Positions 8,180-16,642 of a stretch of DNA of 64,000 nt are shown here, piece by piece. Position 1 is the first letter of the stretch. Each line of letters opens with the position of its first letter. The notes beneath the pieces were generated by a model. The model did not search any database. It had not been told where the DNA came from and worked only from the letters and a program-made list of their open reading frames with translations. The translations under genes were made by a program, and so were the position numbers. This DNA comes from Clostridia bacterium (GTDB lineage Bacteria; Bacillota; Clostridia; Oscillospirales; RGIG5554), in assembly GCA_017507855.1 (NCBI GenBank), contig JAFWAE010000026.1, positions 52,734 through 116,733 on the forward strand. Direction: 5' to 3'.

Positions 8180-10234
8180 TTATTCGTCGTCGACCATGTT
8201 CTTGCGGGCTTCTTCCACGATCTTTTGGGATACATTGGCAGGCACTTCCTCGTAGCGGACGAAGGCGAAGGTGAAGGAGCCGCGCCCTTGAGTAATGGAA
8301 CGCAGGGCGATGGCGTAGTCGTTCATTTCGGCAGCAGGGACTTCGGCGATAATCTCGTCAATGCCGCGCTCCACGCCGTTGTTCATGCCCAGCATGCGGC
8401 CACGGCGCTTGTTGATGTCGCCGATGATGTCGCCCATGTTGTCGCTGGGGACCAACACGTGCAATTCGCCAACAGGCTCCAGCAGAACAGGGTTGGCCTG
8501 GGCCATACCGGCTTTGAAGGCCAGGCGGGCGGCCGTTTTAAAGGCCATTTCGGAGGAGTCGACCGGGTGGTAAGAGCCGTCTACCAGGTTGGCTTTCAGG
8601 TTTACTACGGGATACCCTGCCAGTACACCGCGCTCTACACTGTCGCGCAGGCCCTTTTCCACGGCGGGGAAGAAGTTACGGGGCACGGCGCCGCCGAAGA
8701 CGCTTTCGGTAAAGACCAGATCCAGCTCGTCGCCGGGCTCGAATTCGATCCATACGTCACCGTATTGGCCGTGACCGCCGGATTGCTTTTTGTGCTTGCC
8801 CTGCACCTTGACCTTCTTGCGGATGGTCTCGCGGTAGGCCACGCGGGGCTCGGCCAGCTCCACGCCCACGCCGAACTTGGTCTTCAGCTTGGAAACGATC
8901 ACGTCCAGATGGGTCTCGCCCAGGCCGGAGATGAGCAGTTGCTTGGTCTCGGCGTTGTTTTCGAAGGAGATGGTCTTATCTTCTTCCAGCAGGCGTTGTA
9001 CGCCGGAGGAGATCTTTTCTTCATCACCGCGTGCCTTGGGCATCATGGCAGAGGTCAGGCAGGGGGCGGGGAAGGCGATGGGGGCATAATCGGTTTTGGC
9101 CCCGGAGGCCGCCAGTACGTCGCCGGTGTTTACACTTTCCAGCTTGGTCACCACACCGATGTCACCGGCCTGCAGCTCGGTCACCTCGGTCTGCTTTTTG
9201 CCGCGCATGATGAAAATATGGCCCATCTTTTCGCTGGTGCCGGCGCGGCTGTTTTTCAGCACGTCATCCTGATGCACGCAACCGGACAGCACCTTGAAGA
9301 AGGACATCTTGCCTACGAAGGGGTCGGCAATGGTCTTGAACACCAGCAAAGCGGTGGGGGCGTTGGGATCGGCTTTACCGTCAACACCCTCGACCATGTC
9401 GGGAGAGGGGAAGGCGTGGGTGATCTCGCGCAGCATTAGGTCCATGCCGGCCAAGGTGGCAGAGGAGCCGCACAGCACGGGGGCAATAGAGCCGCTGAGC
9501 AGGCCCTGATTCAGCGCGGAGGTAACTTCATCCATGGTAAATTCTTCACCGGCGAAGAATTTTTCCATCAGTTCGTCGGAGGTTTCGGCCACGGATTCAA
9601 AGAGCATGTTGCGCAGCTCTTCCATGCCGGGATAATCTTCAATGTTGGCGGCTTCGGCCGTGGTCTTGCCGTCCTTTTCGCAGATCAGCTTTTTGCAGGT
9701 GGACAGGTCGAAATAGGCTACCACCTTGTGGTTTTCCACGATGGGGGCGATCAGCGGGCAAACGGCCAGGCCAAAGGTTTCGCGCAGTTGGGCGAAGGTT
9801 TTGGCAAAGTCGCTGTTATCTTCATCCAGTTTGGAAATAAAGAAGGCTTTGGGAATCTTGGCATCCACCGCATAGCGGTAGGCTTTTTCGGTACCCACTT
9901 CCACACCGTTTTTGGCGGGCACCACGATCAGCGCTGTGTCGGCGGCACGGGCGGCCTCGATCACTTCGCCGGCGAAGTCAAAATAGCCGGGAGTGTCCAG
10001 CAGGTTGATCTTGCAATCTTTCCATTCGAGGTAAGCGGCGGCGGTCTGAACGGAAACTTTGCGGCGGATCTCTTCGCTGTCAAAGTCGCAAACGGTGTTC
10101 CCGTCGGCGATCTTTCCGAGACGATCCGTTGCTTTGGCGGCAAATAACATCGCCTCTGCGAGAGAGGTCTTGCCTGCGCCGCCGTGGCCCATCAGGCACA
10201 CGTTTCTGATTTTGCTGGTGGCAAAAGTACTCAT
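8180..10234 (-). CDS. fusA: Elongation factor G paralogue (EF-G2 type)
   Basis: GHGGAGKT, DTPG, KKQSGGHGQYG and SITQGRG motifs; RKVSV in place of RGITI; not in the str operon. Confidence 0.9.
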   Translation of the reverse strand: MSTFATSKIRNVCLMGHGGAGKTSLAEAMLFAAKATDRLGKIADGNTVCDFDSEEIRRKVSVQTAAAYLEWKDCKINLLDTPGYFDFAGEVIEAARAADTALIVVPAKNGVEVGTEKAYRYAVDAKIPKAFFISKLDEDNSDFAKTFAQLRETFGLAVCPLIAPIVENHKVVAYFDLSTCKKLICEKDGKTTAEAANIEDYPGMEELRNMLFESVAETSDELMEKFFAGEEFTMDEVTSALNQGLLSGSIAPVLCGSSATLAGMDLMLREITHAFPSPDMVEGVDGKADPNAPTALLVFKTIADPFVGKMSFFKVLSGCVHQDDVLKNSRAGTSEKMGHIFIMRGKKQTEVTELQAGDIGVVTKLESVNTGDVLAASGAKTDYAPIAFPAPCLTSAMMPKARGDEEKISSGVQRLLEEDKTISFENNAETKQLLISGLGETHLDVIVSKLKTKFGVGVELAEPRVAYRETIRKKVKVQGKHKKQSGGHGQYGDVWIEFEPGDELDLVFTESVFGGAVPRNFFPAVEKGLRDSVERGVLAGYPVVNLKANLVDGSYHPVDSSEMAFKTAARLAFKAGMAQANPVLLEPVGELHVLVPSDNMGDIIGDINKRRGRMLGMNNGVERGIDEIIAEVPAAEMNDYAIALRSITQGRGSFTFAFVRYEEVPANVSQKIVEEARKNMVDDE

Positions 10235-10397
10235 AGACGGTTTCTCCTTTGTTTTTCAGCTGTGTGAGCCTCTGCGCCAGATACTGCCGATGCCTGCCGT
10301 TGGGGACGGCAAACACCTTACAAAACTTACGGAAAATTTTGCGCAGCCGATTGCTTCGGCCAACGAAAGCGGAAAAACGCTTTCGTGTTTCTTAATT

Positions 10398-10426
10398 ATT
10401 ATAGTGGATATATTGTCAAAATGCAA
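10398..10426 (-). promoter_or_regulatory. sigA promoter of the EF-G paralogue
   Basis: TTGCAT-17 bp-TATAAT, implying a leader of about 155 nt. Confidence 0.65.
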
Positions 10427-10507
10427 GAAGTTTTTTTTAAAAAACCGGTTTTTTTCACACTTTTATACAGACAAAGCAAAAAAACGAGGAAAAAATCGGC
10501 CGAGGAC

Positions 10508-10536
10508 TTGAAAAATGCGCGTAAGTGCTTTATAAT
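10508..10536 (+). promoter_or_regulatory. sigA promoter of the Nudix-like gene
   Basis: TTGAAA-17 bp-TATAAT. Confidence 0.7.
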
Positions 10537-10578
10537 AGGAAAAGAATTTTGTCGAAAATAGGGGGGAGAGGGACTTCG

Positions 10579-12036
10579 ATGCTGGCGTTTATCGATTCGG
10601 TTTTGGCCGTGGTGGACAGCCCGTGGGCAACGGCGTTTTTGGCCATCGTCGGCTTGGCCACACCCTTTATGGCCGTCGGCAAATGGGTCCTTTCGCGCAC
10701 CGAGTTCGAAAAAAAGCGCAGGCAGAACCGCCTCATTAAGATCTGTGCCGGGACGAACAAGGGGCAGTTGCCCCGCGACAGGCTGTCAGCCTGTACGCTC
10801 AGGCTGTACGGAGATGCGGTGAAAAAAGGGCTGGCCTCTGTGGACGCGGCCTATTTTAAAAAGACGGTATTTACGCAGGAGGCTGCGGAATATGCCCCCA
10901 CCAAGGCTGAGGAGATGCTGCTGCATTTCCCCATTGCTACCAATCCCCGGTGGTTACTCAGCCGCAATCCCGATTTTAACATGAACTTGACTCTGCTTCG
11001 CGACCAGGCTGATTTTGAGGAGGACCTGCAAAAGGCCCAGCCCTTTTTGAAGCGCTTCGGCGTGGAAAAGATCACCGATTTTCTCATTGCCAACAGCAAG
11101 GAGGTCTACGGTCAGGAGGAGCCGAAGATCTGGAACGCCCAGACCTTTGACATTACCCGGGTCATTCCCCGGGAAAACGGACAGGTGGATCTGCAGTTCG
11201 TGCGCAGCGATTATTTCCATTATATCAACTATTTTTACGTTTGCCACAAGGAACTGGAGAACGGCATTCGCGAGAAAAAGGCACACCAGTCTCTGCGGGC
11301 GTTTGATGCGCGCAGGAATTTCAACATAGAAGAGATCGTAAGCGGCAACGAAACGGAGTTGAGCGTATCTGCTCCCGTGGGAGTAGTGGCCTTCGCTTTG
11401 TTGAAAAACTGCCACGGCGGATACAGCACCTTTATCCAAAAACGGGGCAAGGCCGTGGCGGAATGGGCGGATCTGTACTCTATTTGCCCGGCAGGCACCT
11501 TCCAGCCGCTGGACCAGTTTGACATGGTCTCCACCCGCAAGCAATTTTCCTTTGAATATACCATCCTACGCGAGTTTTTGGAGGAGCATTTTGATTTGCC
11601 CGAGACCGAACAGACCGACGAGACCCACGTCGATCCTTACGATATCTTCCGCCAAAAGATCAACGAGGAGGACCTGCAGGCCCCCGGCGAGGTCATTTTG
11701 GACGAGGCAGATCTGGAACAACTGCGCCGGGGGTGCTTTACCGGCAACGACAAGCTGAAGATCATCCGTACGGGATTGATGATCGACATGATCTCCCTCA
11801 AGCCCGAGGTCACGGCGATCCTGCTGATCGACGACGAGCACGTGTGCGACCGCCTGCGCGCCTTGATGAAGCGGGACCATTGGGAGGGGCATTTCCGCGA
11901 AAAGGAGATCAACCGCGAGTTCTTTGATTTTCTGGCAGATACGCTTTGCGTGGAAAGCTTTACGTCTTCGGGGGCGGTGGCACTGGCCGAAGGCCTGCAC
12001 TATTGGCGCACGCAGTTAAACGGCAAATTGGACTAG
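10579..12036 (+). CDS. Membrane-anchored protein with a divergent Nudix (NUDT22-like) domain
   Basis: N-terminal hydrophobic helix; PVGV..QKRGKAVAE..CPAGTFQP..ILREFLEE degenerate Nudix box; ATG 10579 after GGAG. Confidence 0.6.
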   Translation: MLAFIDSVLAVVDSPWATAFLAIVGLATPFMAVGKWVLSRTEFEKKRRQNRLIKICAGTNKGQLPRDRLSACTLRLYGDAVKKGLASVDAAYFKKTVFTQEAAEYAPTKAEEMLLHFPIATNPRWLLSRNPDFNMNLTLLRDQADFEEDLQKAQPFLKRFGVEKITDFLIANSKEVYGQEEPKIWNAQTFDITRVIPRENGQVDLQFVRSDYFHYINYFYVCHKELENGIREKKAHQSLRAFDARRNFNIEEIVSGNETELSVSAPVGVVAFALLKNCHGGYSTFIQKRGKAVAEWADLYSICPAGTFQPLDQFDMVSTRKQFSFEYTILREFLEEHFDLPETEQTDETHVDPYDIFRQKINEEDLQAPGEVILDEADLEQLRRGCFTGNDKLKIIRTGLMIDMISLKPEVTAILLIDDEHVCDRLRALMKRDHWEGHFREKEINREFFDFLADTLCVESFTSSGAVALAEGLHYWRTQLNGKLD

Positions 12037-12109
12037 ACCTTTGCCGCAAGCACAGGGGATTTTCCCTTCGGGGGATGACCATATAAACTATATTTTGGGA
12101 GGAAAACAA

Positions 12110-13510
12110 ATGAAACTGATCTTCGACGTCAACGACAAACCGAAATTTGGCCAGCTGATCGTATTTGCCATTCAGCAGCTGTTAGCCATCATGGCGGCCA
12201 CTCTGGTGGTCCCTGTGATCGTGGGGAACGACATGAGCCCTGCGGCCGCCCTGTTCGGTGCAGGTGTGGGTACGCTGACTTACGTGCTCTTCACCAAAAA
12301 GAGAAGCCCCGTTTTCCTGGGCTCTTCCTTCGTTTTCATCAACTCCATGAACGCAGCCTTTGCAGGTGCCGCTTCCATGGCTCTGGGCTATCTGGGCTTG
12401 CTGCTGGGTGCCCTGTTTGCCGGCTTGGTGTACGTGATCATTGCAACGGTGGTCAAATTTGTGGGGGTTAAGTGGATCGGCAAAATCATGCCTCCCATCG
12501 TGATCGGCCCCACGGTGGCCATCATCGGTCTGTGCCTGGCGGGCAATGCGGCCGGTGACATGGCCTCCGGCGGTTTGAAGTACGTGGCCGAGACCCTGGC
12601 TGACGGAACCAACGTCATGGCTTCCGTTTGCTCTCCCCTGATTGCGGTACTTTGCGGCGTGGTGACGCTGTTTGCGACCATGGTCAGCTCTGTGTACGGC
12701 AAAAAATCCGGCAAGCTTATCCCCTTTATTTACGGCATTTTGGCCGGCTACATCTTCTCCTCCGTGCTGACGTTTATCGGCAATGCGGCCAACGTAGACG
12801 CCCTGAAGGTGATCGACTACTCGGCCCTGAAGGCGTTGTTCGCCAACGGTGTCAGCCTGTCCTCCTTCGTGTCTATGCCTGATTTCACCTTCCTGACGGC
12901 CTTTGCCGGCTTCGGTGAGCTGACTCCTTCCTACATCCTGACAGTGGCAGTGGCTTACGCGCCTGTGGCCTTCGTGGTTTTTGCTGAGCATATTGCCGAC
13001 CACAAGAACCTTTCCTCCATCATTGAGCGCGACTTGCTGGAGGATCCCGGCTTGTCCCGTACTCTGTTGGGTGACGGCGTAGGCTCTTTCGTGGGTGCTT
13101 TGTTTGGCGGTTGCCCCAACACCACGTACGGTGAATCCGTGGCTTGCGTAGCCATCACCAAGAACGCTTCCGTGTATACCATTATCGCGGCGGCGATCGG
13201 TGCGATCATCATTTCCTTCATCTCTCCCTTCGTGGCTTTTGTCAACAGCATTCCTTCCTGTGTGATGGGCGGTGTATGCATGGCTCTGTACGGCTTCATC
13301 TCCATCTCCGGTATCAAGATGATCCAGGGCATTGATTTCAATGAGAACCGCAACCTGTTTGTGGCCTCTGTGATCTTCATCGCCGGTGTGGGTGGCCTGA
13401 AGCTGGTCTTCGGTCAGGTGACCCTGACCACTGTGGCAACGGCCCTGTTGCTGGGCATTTTGGCCAACGTGCTCCTGTCCGGCAAGGACTGCAAGGCGGA
13501 TAAGGAATAA
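12110..13510 (+). CDS. uraA: Uracil permease (NCS2 family, UraA/PyrP-like)
   Basis: PVFLGSSF, PPIVIGP, EHIAD and PNTTYGE NCS2 signatures; RBS GGAGG. Confidence 0.88.
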   Translation: MKLIFDVNDKPKFGQLIVFAIQQLLAIMAATLVVPVIVGNDMSPAAALFGAGVGTLTYVLFTKKRSPVFLGSSFVFINSMNAAFAGAASMALGYLGLLLGALFAGLVYVIIATVVKFVGVKWIGKIMPPIVIGPTVAIIGLCLAGNAAGDMASGGLKYVAETLADGTNVMASVCSPLIAVLCGVVTLFATMVSSVYGKKSGKLIPFIYGILAGYIFSSVLTFIGNAANVDALKVIDYSALKALFANGVSLSSFVSMPDFTFLTAFAGFGELTPSYILTVAVAYAPVAFVVFAEHIADHKNLSSIIERDLLEDPGLSRTLLGDGVGSFVGALFGGCPNTTYGESVACVAITKNASVYTIIAAAIGAIIISFISPFVAFVNSIPSCVMGGVCMALYGFISISGIKMIQGIDFNENRNLFVASVIFIAGVGGLKLVFGQVTLTTVATALLLGILANVLLSGKDCKADKE

Positions 13511-13538
13511 GCCTGAAAAAAGAAATACGGATTTCGTG

Positions 13539-13574
13539 AAAAAAAGCGCGCACCTCTCCGGTGCGCGCTTTTTT
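13539..13574 (+). terminator. Rho-independent terminator
   Basis: AAAAAAGCGCGCACC-tctcc-GGTGCGCGCTTTTTT. Confidence 0.85.
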
Positions 13575-13656
13575 GTATGCGCTTTGTTTTTGTTTATTAT
13601 ATACAAAAAGATGAGGATAAATTCGCGATGTTTATATATGTTTTTTTGAAAAAAGC

Positions 13657-13685
13657 TTGCTTTTTCCATCTTTTTTCGTTATACT
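13657..13685 (+). promoter_or_regulatory. sigA promoter of the ABC-DUF1854-ABC operon
   Basis: TTGCTT-17 bp-TATACT. Confidence 0.6.
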
Positions 13686-13743
13686 GCCCTTAACAAACCC
13701 CGATTGTTTTATTTCTTTCGCTTTGAAAGCGAGGTGCCGTTTA

Positions 13744-16026
13744 ATGAGAACGATCGATCAGGTTCCCCCTCACATACTGACGCTGTTGGGGGACAAGGGC
13801 TTTGATACGGCAGACCTACGTTTGGCCGTGCGAAGCGACGTGGACATGGACGGGCGCTATGCGGACGTATGGTTGGTGCTGTGCGGCGATGATTTTGCCG
13901 TGCTCAGCGGCTACGACCGCGTGCAAACGGCCCGAAAACCCTTGGCAACTCTTCCGGAGATCAAGCCCTGTTTTGAACAGCTTGACTACCGGCATTTTGA
14001 CTTTGCTCAAATGGAAGAGCCCAAGGTGGAGCAACTCATCTCCGGCAATCATCTGAGTGTAAACGTAGGCGGGGAACGTCAGATCCTTTGCCGTTTTTCG
14101 CATACCCGTTTGACGGATATGAATTTATTTATTGCGCTGTTTTCCAAGTTGAAAGAGGGCGGTTGTATTACCGATGCCGATTTTGACAGGGAAGACAGCC
14201 TTTTTTGTCCCAAATGCGGGATGCGCTATCCCGATCAGGCGCGTAAGCTTTGTCCTAAATGCATGGATAAAGGAACGCTGTGGAAAAGGATCCTCTTTTT
14301 CTTTGGCAAATACAAGCGTTATGTGGCTCTGTCCATGGGATTTATGGTGCTCAACGTGGTGCTCAGTATCGTTTCGCCGCTGGTGGGAAGCCAGTTGCTG
14401 TACGACGAGGTGTTGGTGGATGCGGGAACGCCGTGGTACGGGCAAGCGCTATTGTACATTCTGATTCTGCTGGGCTTCCGTTTGCTGTTGCTGGGCATTC
14501 AGGTGCTGCAGGGTCGTACCGTTGCGAAAATGTCTGCCCGCGTAGTGTACGACGTGAAAGATACGGTCTTTACGGCTATGCAAAAGCTATCCTTAAGCTT
14601 CTTCAACAGCCGTCAGACGGGAGGTCTGATGAACCGTGTCAACAGCGATGCACAAAGCCTGTTTGACTTCTTTGTAGACGGCGTACCGAATATTGCCGTC
14701 AGCGCGACCACTATGATCGGCGTTTGTGTCATCATGTTTACCATGCAATGGAAATTGACGCTGGTGGTGCTGACCTGTGTGCCGCTGTTCTTCTTTGCCA
14801 TCCGCTTTACCTTTGCGCTTTTTGACAGGCTGTGGAGGAGACGCTGGTCCAGCTTCCATTCCATGAACTCTCAATTGGGAGATTCTCTTTCCGGCATCCG
14901 TGTGGTGAAGGCCTTTGCCAAGGAGGGTGTGGAGGGGGCGCGTTTTGAAGCCGCCAATGCCCGCGCCACCGCTTCCGACTGCTCCGTGCGCCAACGATCG
15001 GCCACCATTTGGCCTTTACTGGGCTTGATCATCAACGTTTCCACCTACATAGTATGGCTGGTGGGTGGCTGGATGGTGGTCAAGGGTACGCTGACCTTTG
15101 GTGAGTATATGACCTTTTCCGCTTATATGAGCATGATCTACGGGCCGGTGGGCTTTTTTGCCCAGATCTCCAGCTGGTGGACAAACTGCACCAATTCCAT
15201 TCAGCGTATTTTTGAAGTGCTGGACGCTCGCCCCGACGTATGTGAGGCGGAAAACCCCGTACCCATGCCCGAAATGCAGGGGGCGGTGGAATTTAAAGAC
15301 GTGTCCTTCCATTACGTGGTCAACAAAGACGTCATTAAAAAAGCCAGCTTCGCCATCGGTGCAGGGCAGACCATCGGTATCGTGGGACGTACGGGCGCGG
15401 GAAAATCCACCATTGCCAATCTCATTACCCGCTTGTATGACGTCAGCGATGGCGAGGTGCTCATCGACGGGGTGAATATCAAGGACATTGCCATGGAGGA
15501 TCTGCGTAAAAACATCAGCATCGTTTCCCAGGAGATCTTCATTTTCATGGGGACTATCGCGGACAATATTCGTTACGCCCGCCCCGATGCCACCATGGAA
15601 GAGGTGATCGCGGCGGCCACGATTGCCAACGCCCATGAATTTATCGCTAAGCTGCCCGAGGGGTATGAAACTTACGTGGGAGACAGCCGCAGGCGGCTTT
15701 CCGGGGGCGAACGCCAGCGCATTTCCATTGCCCGCGCCATTTTGCGCAACCCCAAGATCCTCATTTTGGACGAAGCTACCGCCTCTATGGATACTACCAC
15801 AGAGCGGCGCATTCAGGAAGCCTTGACGCGCCTTGTCAAGGGACGCACTACCGTCATCATCGCCCACCGCCTTTCTACCTTGCGCGATGCAGACGTGCTG
15901 GCGGTGATCGACGAGGGCAAGGTGGCCGAATACGGCACGCATGCAGAGCTGTTTGCTCGAAAAGGCATCTACCATAAACTGTATACGCTTCAGCTGGAAG
16001 CACTGAAAAACGTTGGCGTTGAGTAA
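13744..16026 (+). CDS. ABC exporter (fused TMD-NBD) with N-terminal extension and zinc ribbon
   Basis: GRTGAGKS, LSGGE, ILILDEAT and IAHRLS motifs; 6-TM domain; CPKC..CPKC before TM1. Confidence 0.9.
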   Translation: MRTIDQVPPHILTLLGDKGFDTADLRLAVRSDVDMDGRYADVWLVLCGDDFAVLSGYDRVQTARKPLATLPEIKPCFEQLDYRHFDFAQMEEPKVEQLISGNHLSVNVGGERQILCRFSHTRLTDMNLFIALFSKLKEGGCITDADFDREDSLFCPKCGMRYPDQARKLCPKCMDKGTLWKRILFFFGKYKRYVALSMGFMVLNVVLSIVSPLVGSQLLYDEVLVDAGTPWYGQALLYILILLGFRLLLLGIQVLQGRTVAKMSARVVYDVKDTVFTAMQKLSLSFFNSRQTGGLMNRVNSDAQSLFDFFVDGVPNIAVSATTMIGVCVIMFTMQWKLTLVVLTCVPLFFFAIRFTFALFDRLWRRRWSSFHSMNSQLGDSLSGIRVVKAFAKEGVEGARFEAANARATASDCSVRQRSATIWPLLGLIINVSTYIVWLVGGWMVVKGTLTFGEYMTFSAYMSMIYGPVGFFAQISSWWTNCTNSIQRIFEVLDARPDVCEAENPVPMPEMQGAVEFKDVSFHYVVNKDVIKKASFAIGAGQTIGIVGRTGAGKSTIANLITRLYDVSDGEVLIDGVNIKDIAMEDLRKNISIVSQEIFIFMGTIADNIRYARPDATMEEVIAAATIANAHEFIAKLPEGYETYVGDSRRRLSGGERQRISIARAILRNPKILILDEATASMDTTTERRIQEALTRLVKGRTTVIIAHRLSTLRDADVLAVIDEGKVAEYGTHAELFARKGIYHKLYTLQLEALKNVGVE

Positions 16027-16039
16027 GGGGGAAAAGAAG

Positions 16040-16609
16040 ATGACAGAGCAAGAATTGAAAAACAACGATCTTTCGCAAGAAAAGGAAAGCCTTATGGCGG
16101 TGGCGGATATCAAGTATATCACGCCCGAAAACGGCGTGTTCCGCCGCACTGCGGGCAATTTGGTGGCGCTGACCTTCCGAGGCATGGGAGAAAACGGCGC
16201 GGATCTGGAATGCCCCCGTGTGCTGTTGCATCGCTCTTTTCCGTTCACCATGCCCATGGAATATTTGTCTGTGCAGGACACCGAATTCAATGAGATCGGT
16301 ATGATCCGCGATCTGCGCGCCTTTGATGAGCAGACGCAGGCTTTGCTTACTCAGGAACTGGAACGAAAATATTTTTGCCCCGAGATCGTGCGTGTGCTCA
16401 GTGTTAAGGAGCGCTTTTCCTATTCTTACTGGGAAGTGGAGACCTCGGCAGGTGCAGTAGAGTTTGCCGTGCACGATACCTTCCGCAACATTATCCGTGC
16501 GGGCAATAATCGCGTGTTGATCCTGGATGTGGACGGAAACCGCTATAATATTACTGATACCGATCAGCTGGATGCACAAAGTCTCCGCAAGATCGAAATG
16601 TATCTGTAA
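16040..16609 (+). CDS. DUF1854 family protein
   Basis: HRSFPF..YLSV..EIGMI..ELERKYFCPEI..WEVET..DVDGNRY..LDAQS pattern. Confidence 0.8.
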   Translation: MTEQELKNNDLSQEKESLMAVADIKYITPENGVFRRTAGNLVALTFRGMGENGADLECPRVLLHRSFPFTMPMEYLSVQDTEFNEIGMIRDLRAFDEQTQALLTQELERKYFCPEIVRVLSVKERFSYSYWEVETSAGAVEFAVHDTFRNIIRAGNNRVLILDVDGNRYNITDTDQLDAQSLRKIEMYL

Positions 16610-16642
16610 GCCCTGCGGTGAGCGATTGAAAGAGGTGAGCGG

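Noticed and set aside
12037-12109. PyrR attenuator before the uracil permease
   Set aside because: No ARUCC-NGNGAGGYU binding loop and no U-tailed terminator.
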